Shown here: positions 1 through 13,162 of the stretch, one piece after another
Layout: each line of letters starts with the position of its first letter
How positions within the stretch are numbered: the stretch's first letter is position 1
Origin: Eledone cirrhosa
Taxonomy: Eukaryota
Reading direction: 5' to 3'
DNA length: 64,000 nucleotides
Assembly (NCBI GenBank): GCA_964016885.1
Contig: OZ024740.1
Span: forward strand, 109,678,001-109,742,000
Program-made: the position numbers and the translations under genes
The notes under the pieces: generated by a model
Told to the model about the DNA's origin: nothing
Databases searched by the model: none
What the model saw: the letters and a program-made list of their open reading frames with translations, nothing else

Positions 1-22
1 GGTAAGGAGAAAAGGCACTTAC

Positions 23-60
23 CTCTCTGCGTCCCGGGAAACGGGCCGCTCAATTTCCAT
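23..60 (-). CDS. Probable first coding exon of a host gene running off the left edge (MEIERPVSRDAE...)
   Basis: ATG at 60-58 in a strong context (accagcATGG: A at -3, G at +4). It is followed by 38 coding nt and a consensus donor GAG|GTAAGT (intron starts at 22). The segment is locally CpG-rich, unlike the rest of the window. Product not identifiable. Confidence 0.5.
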
Positions 61-507
61 GCTGGTTGGGGATGGGTTGTTGGGTGGGGTGGTGGTTTGT
101 GGAAGTGAAGGGGCATCGGTGTGTTGTGGGGTTGGGGTGTTTGTGGTTGAGTGGGTGTCTGGGTGAGGTGGGGGGTGAATTTTTTTAGGAGGACGCGGTT
201 GATTGGTTTGGCGCAGGGGGGGGGGGGGGGGGGGCACGTCCTCCGTGAAATTTATTTTCAGTGTTTTGTACAAGTGCATTGGGACTTTTATCATTTTTAA
301 ATGAGGTAGTCCCACAGCAGAAAATAAATAAAAAAATAAATAAAAAATAAAAAATAAATAAATAAAAACCCCAACAGATATATAGTAGGGAAATTTTTTA
401 GGTGGGTTGGTAATAGAAATTAAACAATAGATAGATAGATAGACATGTACCAAACACACACACACAAACATTTCTTACTCTCTCTGTCCCTCTCTCTTTC
501 TCTCTTC

Positions 508-543
<36 letters not shown>

Positions 544-549
<6 letters not shown>

Positions 550-878
550 CACACAGTCCACGCTGTAAATGTGGCCGTGTAGGCAACACGGTAAAAACCT
601 CCCAGCCCCACACTGTAAATGTGGTTGGTGTTAGGAAGGGCATCCAGCTGTAGAAAACCCGCCAGACAGTCCACGCTGTAATGTGGCCGTGTAGGCAACA
701 CGGTAAAAACCTCCCAGCCCCACACTGTAAATGTGGTTGGTGTTAGGAAGGGCATCCAACTGTAGAAAACCCGCCAGACAGTCCTATGCGAGCAAGACAA
801 CCACTCTTGCCTCAAGTGGGAAAACCCCCGTCCAAACCCATGCAAGCGTGGAACACGGACGCTAAACCTGATGATGAT
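544..878 (+). mobile_element. RTE LINE 3' UTR fragment with internal ~113-bp tandem duplication and (GAT)n tail
   Basis: Reverse complement of about 8473-8808, the 3' UTR of the RT-coding RTE. Ends ...aaacccatgcaagcgtggaacacggacgctaaacctgatgatgat and is flanked by (TA)n. Confidence 0.9.
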
Positions 879-1394
879 ATATATAGCGTTGTTATTTGGT
901 GTTGTTGAAAAGAGCAGTGGCCTTTGACCTGGCAATAAAAACTGGAGACAAAATTCTTTCTGTACCAAAACCAAGGCACACACACACAAGTTTGTGTGTG
1001 TGTATGTATGTGTGTGTGTGTGTGTGTGTGTGCGTTTATGTGTGTGTGTGTGTATCTATCTATCTATGTATATATATATATAAGGGATACAGATAATGCT
1101 TTTTCATTATCACCAATCTTCTCCTTTCATTCGTTGCTACTAAGTATTTTATTTTGCTACGAGGTATTTTATTTTTCAAGGTACTATTTTTCCCCTGAGT
1201 TTGTGATTTCAGAGAAAGGTAAGAAATTCTTCATATTTTGCATCTTTTGTATTTTGATTTTACAGTTTGAATTGTAGAATTGTCTATCTACTCAAAATAT
1301 TACAACAGCTAACAGTGAAATATAGAATTTAAAAAAAAGCTTTTTCGACTGAGATCAAATCTTTGAGAACATTCACGTCCATTTCTCAAAAAAC

Positions 1395-1562
1395 GTGGTT
1401 GGTGTTAGGAAGGCATCCAGCCGTAGAATACCTGCCAGACAGCCCTATACGAACGAGACATGGTCACTCGACCAATCTTGCCTCAAGTAGGACAATTCCC
1501 GTCTAAACCCATGCTAGCGTGGAAGATAGACATTAAACGTTGATGATGATAATGATGATGAT
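1395..1562 (+). mobile_element. RTE-type 3' tail fragment
   Basis: Shares ggttggtgttaggaag(g)gcatccagc...aaacccatgctagcgtggaa...(GAT)n with the other RTE tails. Confidence 0.8.
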
Positions 1563-1788
1563 ATAATTTGAAATAACTTGCTTTAGTTTTGGACTGAAAC
1601 TTTTTTGTATTTAATTTGTACGAGTATTTTTTTAAAGATTCTAACATAACTTGATTTGGCCCAGTAATCTACTGATATCAAAATCAGTATTATATTGAAA
1701 AATGGAAAAATTGGGTAGGAGGGCGTTTCGTGATTTCGAGGGGCAAAAAGGGGCGTTTGGCCGAAATGGGTTGAGAACCTTTGTGTTA

Positions 1789-1963
1789 GAGAAATATAAC
1801 CAGTTCTATGATCTGTCAAAGAACCATGACCAGTTCTATGATCTGTCAGAGAACTATGAAGAGTTCTATGATCTGTCAGAGAATTATGACCAGTTCTATG
1901 ACCTGTCCAATGACTATGAATTGTTCTATGATCTGCCAAAGAACTATGACTGGTTCTATGATC
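1789..1963. repeat. 30-bp minisatellite, ~6 copies
   Basis: Unit gagaactatgaccagttctatgatctgtca; GTTCTATGA recurs every 30 nt from 1803 to 1953. Confidence 0.9.
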
Positions 1964-2094
1964 ACATCATAGACATTGAATAGTAATGTTTTGGCAGAAG
2001 TAAGTCTTACTTTAGTAAGGATGTTATTAATGTGTCAGACTGTTGGTGTGTAAACACATTTGAAGTTGAACACAGAGAGAGCATGTGTGTGTAT

Positions 2095-3305
2095 GGAGTG
2101 GAGTGGGGAGATTGGGAGGAGATTGAGTGTGAGGGAGACAAGATTGGGTGTGAGTGAGTGTGAGAGAAAGGAGGGAGAGGGAGATTGAGTGTGCAGGAGT
2201 GTGAGAGACAGGAGAGTGGGGGAGATTGAGTGTGAGGAAGTGTGAGAGACAGGAGAGTGAGTGAGGGAGATTGAGTGTGAGGAAGTGTGAGAGACAGGAG
2301 AGTGAGTGAGGGAGATTGAGTGTGAGGAAGTGTATAGACAGGAGAGTGAGGGAGAGGAGATTGAGTGTGAGGGAGAGGAGGTTGAGTGTGAGGGAGTGTG
2401 AGAGACAGGAGAGAGAGTGAGGGAGAGGAGATTGAGTGTGAGGGAGAGAAGATTGAGTGTGAGGGAGTGTGAGAGACGTGAGAGTAAGGGAGAGGAGAGA
2501 CGTGAGAGTGAGGGAAAGGAGATTGAGTGTGAGGGAGTGTGAGAGACAGGAAAGTGAGAGTGAGGGAGAGGAGATTAAGTGTGAGGGAGTATGAGAGACA
2601 GGAGAGTGAGAGTGAGGGAGAGGGAGAGGAGATTGAGTGTGAGAGTGAGGGAGAGGAGATTGAGTGTGAGGGAGTGTGAGAGACAGGAGAGTGAGAGTGA
2701 GGGAGAGGAGAGACGTGAGAGTGAGGGAGAGGAGATTGAGTGCGAGGGAGTGTGAGAGACAGGAAAGTGAGAGTGAGGGAGAGGAGATTGAGTGTGAGGG
2801 AGTATGAGAGACAGGAGAGTGAGAGTGAGGGAGAGGGAGAGGAGATTGAGTGTGAGGGAGTGTGAGAGACAGGAGAGTGAGAGTGAGGGAGAGGAGAGAC
2901 GTGAGAGTGAGGGAGAGGAGAGACGTGAGAGTGAGGGAGAGGAGATTGAGTGTGAGGGAGTGTGAGAGACAGGAAAGTGAGGGAGAGGAGATTGAGTGTG
3001 AGGGAGTGTGAGAGACAGGAGAGTGAGAGTGAGGGAGAGGGAGAGGAGAGACGTGAGAGTGAGGGAGAGGAGATTGAGTGCGAGGGAGTGTGAGAGACAG
3101 GAAAGTGAGGGAGAGGAGATTGAGTGCGAGGGAGTGTGAGAGACAGGAAAGTGAGGGAGAGGAGATTGAGTGCGAGGGAGTATGAGAGACAGGAGAGTGA
3201 GAGTGAGGGAGAGGAGATTGAGTGTGAAGGAGTGTGAGAGACAGGAGAGGAGATTGAGTGTGAGAGACAGGAGAGCAAGGGAGAGAAGGAGGAGGAGATT
3301 GAGTG
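2095..3305. repeat. Purine-rich modular minisatellite
   Basis: Shuffled modules GAGGAGATTGAGTGTGAGGGAGTGTGAGAGACAGGA(G/A)AGTGAG with extreme strand asymmetry. Confidence 0.95.
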
Positions 3306-4305
3306 AGGTGTATGGGTAATAGTTGAGAAAGATCGGGATGACATAATGGAAAATACATCATCATCATCATCATTGACTATAACAACAACAACAACAATGT
3401 TGTGTCATATTAATTCAATGACTCAAAATATTAAACCACTGCACATTTTATTTTGACACATGGTTGTGTATTTAAAGATTACCATACCATAACAACAACA
3501 GCAACAGAGAAACACAAGGGATAACAACAACAACAAGCGACACGCCCTCTACCATAAACCTAGACTCTTCTCAGCTGGAAATAAATTAGTTCATTAGACA
3601 ATTTTTTTTTAATTAAAAGATATAATAATCGTAATAATAATAATAATAATGATAATAATAACAACAAGAGCAATAATGAATTATAGAAAAAAAAAAAGAA
3701 AAACATGCGTGTCATATTGACATAGCTCCTATGGAAATATATAAAATTTCGATTGGTGGATAATTAGGTGAGGAGTATGTTATAATTAGTAGTTCCACTC
3801 ATCAATAAACAGATTCTTGTAGAAGAGGAAGTTTGAATTAGTAAAAGAATTTAAAAAAAAAAGGAATAATCTGGCATCGCTGTGGTTAAGGAGTTTACTT
3901 TGTCACCACATGGCTTCAGGTTCTGTCATTTGGACAAATGTCTTCTACTATAGCCTCCAGTTGACTAAAGTCTTGAGAGAGAAATTTGGGTGACAGAAAC
4001 TATATAGAAGCTACCTATGTGAGTGTATTTATGGTGGCACATTGTCTCCTTACTTCACATTGCTCCAGTTCATTCAGTTGGCAGAAATGAGTTGTACAGG
4101 TAATTCAAAGAACCATCCACATTACACACTATCATACTGATTCTCCCTTAGAACTACACTAAAGGTGTATATGTCTGTGGAATGCTCAGACACTTACACG
4201 TTAATTTGATGAACAGGCTGTTCTGTTGATTGAATCAACTAGAACATCCATAGCCAGATGTGACAGAGGTCTTATATTGACTACAGCAGTGCTTTAACCA
4301 TATAT

Positions 4306-4822
4306 CATAATATAATAAAGGGAGGAGTGCGGGACTGTGTCCTGAATATATTTTTTTATCCCGTTAGTAAAATAAGTTAAATTATTTTGAATAAATAATG
4401 AATGGATATTACATAATTTATGTACTAAATTTCGTGGCTTTTGATTAAACATAAATATTCTTATATATAATGATTGCTTATTTTAAGATTCACTTCTTTT
4501 AAAATTTTCAAATGTCTACACTGCTGGTTAGCATCCATTAAAATAACACTTATTACATTGCTTATATAAACATCCATATATTTGCATCATTATATAAGGT
4601 TTCATTACATTTCACCGTAATGCAGTTTATATATAATATCATCTTTTTTAAATGTATCAGAAGAGAGTGTAACACAGTCTCTCTACAATTTCTGTGCATA
4701 TTGTCAATTACGATTTTATTTGACGTATCATATCTACATACATGCATATTTGCATATACGCGTAAATATGCATAATACACATGCTAGCAGAAAACCACCC
4801 TTCGGGCAGTTTTTTGGTTAGT
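4306..4822 (+). mobile_element. Non-autonomous Helitron-like element, family A, decayed copy
   Basis: Collinear reverse-complement homology to 46360-46840. Starts tcataatataataaagggagg and ends in a decayed version of the hairpin CTAGCAGAAAACCACCC-TTC-GGG...TTAGT. Confidence 0.6.
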
Positions 4823-5173
4823 ATATATAAAGAATGTGACATAAGAAACATTGGGAAAATTCGAAATTTGCTTACGTACACACATATTTGAAATCTCATA
4901 TATATATATGGATAAAAGACATCGTGTCCAGTAATTTGCATAAGGTCATATGGATTTCTAATTACTAAAGTACTAATTTAGTACTAAGCAACTTACCAAT
5001 CAAATCACATATTTGCAAGTTGACTTCAAAGTAAATATTTTCATTTCCTGTGTCAGTCACTTTGCTATGATATAATAAGTGCTAGTATTATATAAGTACC
5101 AGTAATATATACAGACTTTTTAAATGATTCCGTTGAGACTGTTCTTAGTTCTATAACACAAAACTGTGCATTT

Positions 5174-5404
5174 TAACCATTTTGATACCAACCCAACAAA
5201 AACTAGCTCTGGTTCTATAAAACAAAACCATTAATTTTTAAGGGGTCCTATTGAGATTAAAATCTTCTAACATAAATTTTATATAAGAACCATATGTTAT
5301 TATTTTAGCAATGTTATAATTAATAATTTTAGTAAATCCCTCAAAATTCCTCATTAATTGAAATCTAATGTATCTCATCAGAAATACAATCATAAAAGAG
5401 TTAA
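5174..5404 (+). mobile_element. piggyBac-like MITE (TTAA-flanked), decayed; related copies near 17226-17460, 28390-28636, 29282-29495, 58270-58466 and 63400-63610
   Basis: TTAA|CC.TTTTGATA...(GG)TAACAAAAG(G/A)G|TTAA termini and a shared internal ggttctatgatacaaaa motif across copies. Confidence 0.6.
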
Positions 5405-5639
5405 AGTGTTTATATTCAACTCTAAATCTAGCATTATCTTAAAGAAAGATATCTTATGGGAAAACCTGTTATGTTCTAAACATTAATTTAGTAATGGAAA
5501 AGTTAGTTATTTTACTAAATCTCTCATTCTAGGTTATTAAAAATATAACTGAAACATATACAGCATTGGTGGAAAGAAATTCCCTATTTAAAATTGTTAA
5601 TCATTTTATTAATTATATAAATGCCTGAGTATTTGTGTT

Positions 5640-6590
5640 TGGATAAATGGTGCTAAATTGAAACCATTCAATGTGTGAGTCAGATTCTGTTAAGGGTGGG
5701 TACTATCACATTTCCTATTCATAATGTTCATGAACAGGATTGACATGTACAGCAGGTTGGAAGTGGTATCCTGACTGGTGAGTGTAAAACCAAGCAGCTG
5801 GAATTTGCAGACGTCATGGTGTTACTTCACTCATCAGAAGGTGATCTCCGACATGTATTTGATAGGTTTAATGCCAAGTGCTGCATAGCTGGAATAAAAA
5901 TCAGTGCTGCGAGAACTGAGACACTCATCTACTCAAGGAACCCTGTGCAGTGCAGCCTACATGTGGATGGAGTTCCACTGAAGCAGGTGGAGAAGTTCAA
6001 GTATCTTGGGGTCATGTTCACGTGTGATGGAAGGTAGTAGGCTGAATTAAGTACAAGAATTGCAGGAGCTGGTGGAGTAATGTGCCAGCTTCAGCATTCA
6101 GTAATTAGAAGAATGGAGGTAAGTATAAAAGCCAAACTCACTATCTTCAATTCGGTATATGTCAAAACTTACCTATGGTTATGGATCTTGGGTAATGACC
6201 AAAAGAATACAATTGTGAATACAAGCAACTGAAACAGGGGTATCTCTGAAGGGTCTTTGGAGTAACATTAGTTGTTAGAGCGTGTAGCTTGGGGATCAGA
6301 GAGTCACTCCACATAGAGCCACAGGTCCTATAATACCGGCGTGTGGTTAGAATGTCTCAGGCAATCATTACTGGACAGACTTTATGTGAGAAAACCAAAT
6401 GGCAGGAGACACAGGAGTAGACCCTGAGTAAGAAGGTTGGATAACATCCATGAGCTCAGGTGATCTTGCTTGGGGATCCAGCCAGATCAATTGGAGATGG
6501 TTGTTTCTGACAGGATCCACTGGGGAAGGAGTGTTTGAGAACTCTGCCCCAACAACCCTCTCAGGAATAAGTGGGAGAAGAAAAAGAACA
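5640..6590 (+). mobile_element. Old degraded RTE-clade LINE (RT C-terminal half plus 3' end)
   Basis: Translation FADVMVLL...KISAARTETL...LKQVEKFKYLGVMF resembles non-LTR RT domains 5-7, with many stops. The same 3' end recurs at 24218-24385. Confidence 0.8.
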
Positions 6591-7177
6591 ATAACTTTAT
6601 TAATCATTGGTCAATTTTCATAAAACATGTTTTATTTTGAACAGTATAATGGCAGAAGTACAGTACAGTGTTAACATTCTACATTGGCACCAGCGTTGTC
6701 CACCAGTGTTTGTAATTGTCTGGGTATAACCTCAACTGACTATCCCACAAACACACTACAATATATTTGGTCACTTCTCTTATCCAACAAACACACTGCA
6801 ACATGAATGAAATGTTTGTCTGGCAAAAACACACTCAAACTGATATGCCGTGTAACAAGTGACATTACCATGAGAAAACAATGGATGTGAAATGGTTAAC
6901 AAAGAAATAATATCATAGAAAACCATTTAGACTCTTTAGTGAAACCTATTAGAAATCTGAGATTTTAATATTATAGCCTCTCTCAATACACACACATTTT
7001 ATCTCCCTCTCCCATACTTTTCTATGTGTTTTTTCTCATTCCACTTTCTCCCCCACTGTAATTCTCTTTCTCCTCTGTGTATATATATATATAAAGTAAT
7101 CACCATCGTTTAATGTCTGCTTTCCCTGCCAGCAAGGGTTCTTGAACTATATATATATATATATATATATAGTTCAA

Positions 7178-7221
<44 letters not shown>

Positions 7222-7248
7222 CGTTTCTGAATTATAACAATATATATA

Positions 7249-7473
<225 letters not shown>

Positions 7474-7487
7474 TTTTTTTTTTTTTA

Positions 7488-7706
7488 ATCGATCGACTTT
7501 CGTCAAATCGGACCGAGGAAACAATGTTTCCGTCGGTCTTTCCAGTTGCTAGTACTATCTATCGGTCGCAACTCCAGGTAGAAGGAACAACGTGAAATAA
7601 AGTGTCTTGCCCAAGGACATAACGCATCGCCTGGTCCACGAATCGAACTCACAACCTCACGATTGTGAATCCAATTCTCTAACTACTCAGCCACACGCCT
7701 TCACAC
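7488..7706 (-). mobile_element. tRNA-derived SINE (same subfamily as 33885-34145)
   Basis: Minus strand has A-box gtggctgagtagttag and B-box gagttcgattc, then tgtccttgggcaagacactttatttcac. A homologous body and tail occur at 33885-34145 on +. Confidence 0.85.
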
Positions 7707-7770
7707 GCTATATATGTATATATATATGTATATATGTATATATGTATATGTATATGTATATATATATGTA

Positions 7771-7891
<121 letters not shown>

Positions 7892-7905
7892 GTATATATA
7901 TATAT

Positions 7906-8000
<95 letters not shown>

Positions 8001-8056
8001 TATATGCATATATATATATACATATATGTGCATATATATATATATATATACATATA

Positions 8057-8144
<88 letters not shown>

Positions 8145-8355
8145 TATATATATATATATATGCATATATATATATATATATATATAACGAAGGAAATGTG
8201 GTAAGGAACCAGGTGGACCATAACGCACCAAAGTACTCAATACTTAGGGTAGTAGAGCGGGTAATAGGAATGAGTAGGAGCCCAACGGCTGAGCTCAAGC
8301 CGTTTCGACGGCTAATCTGGAGTCCAGAATTAGCCGTCGGGGTCCTACTCGTTCC

Positions 8356-8443
<88 letters not shown>

Positions 8444-8460
8444 TATATATGCATATATAT

Positions 8461-10764
8461 CATCATCATCATCATCATCATCAGGTTTAGCGTCCGTGTT
8501 CCACGCTTGCATGGGTTTGGACGGAGGTTTTCCCACTTGAGGCAAGAGTGGTTGTCTTGCTCGCATAGGACTGTCTGGCGGGTTTTCTACAGTTGGATGC
8601 CCTTCCTAACACCAACCACATTTACAGTGTGGGGCTGGGAGGTTTTTACCGTGTTGCCTACACGGCCACATTACAGCGTGGACTGTCTGGCGGGTTTTCT
8701 ACAGTTGGATGCCCTTCCTAACACCAACCACATTTACAGTGTGGGGCTGGGAGGTTTTTACCGTGTTGCCTACACGGCCACATTTACAGCGTGGACTGTG
8801 TGTTTTTTGTCGTGACACCTACACGATCTCATTTGTTTCGGCCTGGATGTTGTGGGACCAACATAACTTTACATTGAAAGGGGCGGTGTGGGTGGGGTGG
8901 AGGTGGTGGGACAGGGGTGTGTTTTGATAGAGATGCCTACTGACTGTAGTAGGTTTTTACTTTGTATTTAGGTAAGGCGGGTCTTCTCTATTACTGAGTA
9001 CCGCCAAAGGTCTCGGTCCAGTGACATTGTCTTGGAGAGGTGTAAGCGTGTGAGGTCGGAATTTATCAGCTCGTCCCATGTTTTTCTGGGTCTGCCTACT
9101 CCGTGGCTACCGTCTATCTTTACTGCCCTGCACTTTGTTATACAGCTGTCGTCTTTCATGCGCATCACGTGACCGTACCAACGTAGCCTTCTCTCGAGTA
9201 AACAACATCTGATCCCTCTTATTTCTAATTTTTTCCTTAGTTCGTTTATGCTTTGCCGTTCACGTATATTACTATTGCACATCCAGCGGAGCATGCAAGC
9301 TTCGTTCCTCTCTAGTCTGCGTATATCCTCTGCACACAATGCCCAGGTCTCACTGCCATGCAGCATTGCTGTTCGTATGCAGGCATCGTATAACCTGCCT
9401 TTCATTTTTAGGGAGAACCCTCTAGCGGCTAATAGTGGTATAAGCTCTCTGAACTTTTTCCATCCAGTTCTGACTCTAGCTACTGTACTTTCAGAGCACC
9501 CTCCCCCACTGCTGATTTTATCACCCAGATAACGGAAGCTGTCCACTATTTCTATAGAACCCTCTGCGCAGTTGAAGGAGCTAGTATTTTGTGGGCACTT
9601 GCTGCTACTTATTGCACCAGAGCACCGGCCACATGTAAAATCTATGTTCTTAGTTAGCTTACCTGTGATCCCACTACATCTTTTATGCACCCATACTTTG
9701 CATTTGGGACATAAAATGGAGTTTCTACCTACGCCTTTCCTACACACTGAGCATGGCCATTTCCCCGATGGGACCGCCGCCTTATTTTCTTTCCTACAAA
9801 CTAGAACTTTAGTCTTAGCCAGGTTAATTTTAAGGCCTTTTGATTCTAGGCCGTGCTTCCACGTTTGGAATTTCTTCTCTAGTTCGGTCATTGATTCAGC
9901 TATGAGCGTTAGATCATCTGCGTATAGGAGTTCCCATGGGCAGCCGGTCTTGAACTCCTCTGTTATAGCCTGAAGGGCAATAATAAATAGTAGGGGGCTA
10001 AGAACAGAGCCCTGATGGACACCAACTTTTACGCTAAACTCTTCACTATATTCGTTGTTAATTCTAACCTTACTGACTGTTTCTTTATACATGGCTTGTA
10101 TAGCTCTCACAAGCCATTCGTCAACACCTAGTTTTCTAAGAGACCACCAGATAATGGAACGGGGGACTCTGTCGAAGGCTTTCTCCAAGTCGACAAAAGC
10201 TAAGTATAGGGTTTACTTTTAGCTAGGTACTTCTCCTGTAGTTGTCGTACAATGAAAAGAGCGTCTGTGGTACTTTTGCCTGACACAAACCCGAACTGCA
10301 TTTCATCTAGATCAATTCTCTCTCTGATTAGTTGCGCTATTACTTTTTCCGTGACCTTCATGACCTGGTCGATTAATTTAATGCCTCTATAGTTACTCCT
10401 ATCTAGGGCATCTCCTTTTCCCTTATAGCAGTTAACGATGATGCTGCTACGCCATTCCTTCGGAACAACCCCATTCTGTACGACTTGGTTAACTATCCGG
10501 GTGACCATGGTGTGTCCCACCGAACCAGATGCCTTCAGCATCTCAGCAACTATTTCCGAAGGTCCAGCCGCCTTACCCATCTTCATATCTTTGATTGCCT
10601 TACTTATTATACTACCTTCAACTAACAGTGCTGGTCCCTCTATTGGATCGATCTGGGGGAGACTGTCTTTCTCTCATTTGTTCTCCTCATTTAGAAGCCT
10701 TTCGTAGTGACACTTCCAAGCTACCTTCTTATCAGCGTCGGTGGTGGCAAGTATGCCATCATCG

Positions 10765-10765
<1 letters not shown>
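8461..10765 (-). mobile_element. Young 5'-truncated RTE LINE: RT with PHD finger, 3' UTR, (GAT)n tail
   Basis: Motifs KAAGPSEI, NYRGIKL, QFGF, FVDLEKAFDRV, GVHQGSVLSPLLF, YADD, FRYLG and RLRWYGHVMRM. Only two lesions are visible: TGA at 10674-10676 and a 1-nt frameshift near 10210. Both flanks are (TA)n. Confidence 0.97.
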
Positions 10766-10807
<42 letters not shown>

Positions 10808-10863
10808 TATATATGCATATATATGTATATATATATATATATATATATGCATATATATATATA

Positions 10864-10919
<56 letters not shown>

Positions 10920-10993
10920 TATATATGCATATATATGTATATATATATATATATATGCATATATATATATATATATGCATATATATATATATA

Positions 10994-11110
<117 letters not shown>

Positions 11111-11114
11111 GCAT

Positions 11115-11516
11115 ATAAATTATTAAAAAAATAATGAATAAACAAAGAAACAGTTCCTTATATTAAACAAAAAAAAAATATATATATATATATATGTGAA
11201 GGTATGTATATTCCCTCTGATAGTTTGTATAATTTTGTACATAGATCTTTTGAATATGCATACCAATTCTAACACATATATGTCCTAGAAACGATCGTAA
11301 AATAATGAACTTTTTTTGTTTTTTTGTTTAATATAAGGAACTGTTTCATTGTTTTATTCATTATCTTTTTAATATTTTATCTTGACTCTGTTTTCCGTTT
11401 ATCTTTCACCGAAAGTGGTTTTTGAATGCATCTCTTCTTTTCATGATATCCGGATTACATTGAGTTCTTCATACGGATTGGACACTACCGTAAACTTTTG
11501 GTAGATTTATCTACAC
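11115..11516 (+). mobile_element. PLE pseudo-LTR-like fragment with ~55-bp inverted repeat and hammerhead 3' half
   Basis: 11121-11175 is the imperfect reverse complement of 11321-11374. GAAA-cgatcg-TA at 11288-11299 gives a palindromic helix III plus GUA. Lies in (TA)n. Confidence 0.5.
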
Positions 11517-11521
11517 ATATA

Positions 11522-11631
<110 letters not shown>

Positions 11632-11662
11632 TATATATATATATATATATATATAAGCATAT

Positions 11663-11745
11663 ATCATCATCATCATCATTTTACGTCCGCTTTTCCCTGC
11701 TTGCAAGGGTGGGACGGGTCTTATTCAGCACAGCATCTCTCCACT
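11663..11745 (-). mobile_element. RTE-type extreme 3' tail
   Basis: (ATC)n followed by ttttacgtccgcttttccctgcttgcaagggtgggacggg; the same tail occurs on + at 20719-20773. Confidence 0.75.
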
Positions 11746-11776
11746 ATATATATATATATACAATACATACATATAC

Positions 11777-11808
<32 letters not shown>

Positions 11809-11911
11809 GCATATATATATATATATATATACATACATATATAAATATATATATATATATATATGCATATATATATATATATATATATACATACATATAT
11901 ATATATATATA

Positions 11912-12106
<195 letters not shown>

Positions 12107-12697
12107 TGTATATCTCTCTCCATACAATAGCCAATTTCATATTCTCACAGTTCCCCAACAATAACAAAGAAAACTGTTCCAGCAATTATATAGTTACCAG
12201 ACTCACTGGTTAGTTACAAGTTAAATATAAATGCCAACTGATACGGTGCTGGTGGCGTCAAATGAAATACTATTTCTACAGATACTTCACACTGAAAGAT
12301 TAACATTTCCCAATGTAATGTGGAAATGTGACTGAGAAAGGATGTCAAAAGGTGTGTGTGTGTGTGCATGTGTGTGCATGTGAATGTGTGTGTGTGTGTG
12401 TATGGTTTGTGCATGTGTGTATATATGTATAGTTTGTGTGTGTTTGTGTTTGTGAATGGTTTGTGCATGTGCGTATACATGTATAGTTTGTGTATGTGTG
12501 TGCGTGGTATTTATGAAAGCGGGTGAGATGGAAGACAATATCTGGAATAACAAGACCCTTGTTGAATATCCATCTAATACATATACACACAAATGGCAGT
12601 GTGTACAAACATGTACGAAAGAACACACACTCATATACACACAAAAACAGACAGGTATACTATAAATGAAAGCACACAGACAGACATATACACACAC

Positions 12698-12741
<44 letters not shown>

Positions 12742-12745
<4 letters not shown>

Positions 12746-12840
12746 TGTCCCCAAAAATGTATATACACTTTGATTACCTGCACAGGCAGTATTTATTAGA
12801 ATGTTGTTGAACTGTGTATACATTTTTGGGCGACACCCTG
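12742..12840. mobile_element. Tc1/mariner-type MITE (~100 bp)
   Basis: TIRs ggtgtccccaaaaatgtatatacac and gtgtatacatttttgggcgacaccctg, with TA on both flanks. Confidence 0.75.
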
Positions 12841-12939
12841 TATATATATACACATGATGATGATGGATTCTTCATCAGTTTTGACAATATACATTCAACT
12901 GAACCCCTGATTTATGAAATAATGTGTAAGTGTGCAGTA

Positions 12940-13162
12940 GAATAGGTTGCACTTTCAGAGACATGATAATGTGTATGATAATTGTTGGTTGAAAAAGTAC
13001 CAGACGTTCCAAGTAGAAGGAAACCATGGAAGAGGAAAACCAAGAAAACTGTGAACAGAGGTGGTGAAGGATGATCTCAAGAAACTGAACCTCACAGAAG
13101 AGATGACAAAGGAAAGAAACAAATACAGAATAGCTGTACTGGAAAGGACTCATCTAACCCAT
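12940..13162 (+). mobile_element. Degraded RTE ORF2 C-terminus seeding the adjacent minisatellite
   Basis: VEGNHGRGKPRKL*TEVVKDDLKKLNLTEEMTKERNKYRIAVLERT aligns by eye with IDGSHGVGRPRKTWDELINSDLTRLHLSKTMSLDRDLWRYSVIEKTRLT from the 8968 ORF. Confidence 0.85.

Noticed and set aside
1702-1983. 93-aa ORF with NYDQFYDLSE decapeptide repeats
   Set aside because: Short ORF explained by a 30-bp minisatellite; no splice or homology support visible, though not formally excluded.
2007-3373. 445- and 448-aa Ser/His/Pro/Leu-rich minus-strand ORFs
   Set aside because: Pyrimidine-rich satellite is stop-poor. Module lengths are not multiples of 3, so the same peptides rotate between frames, which indicates no frame constraint.
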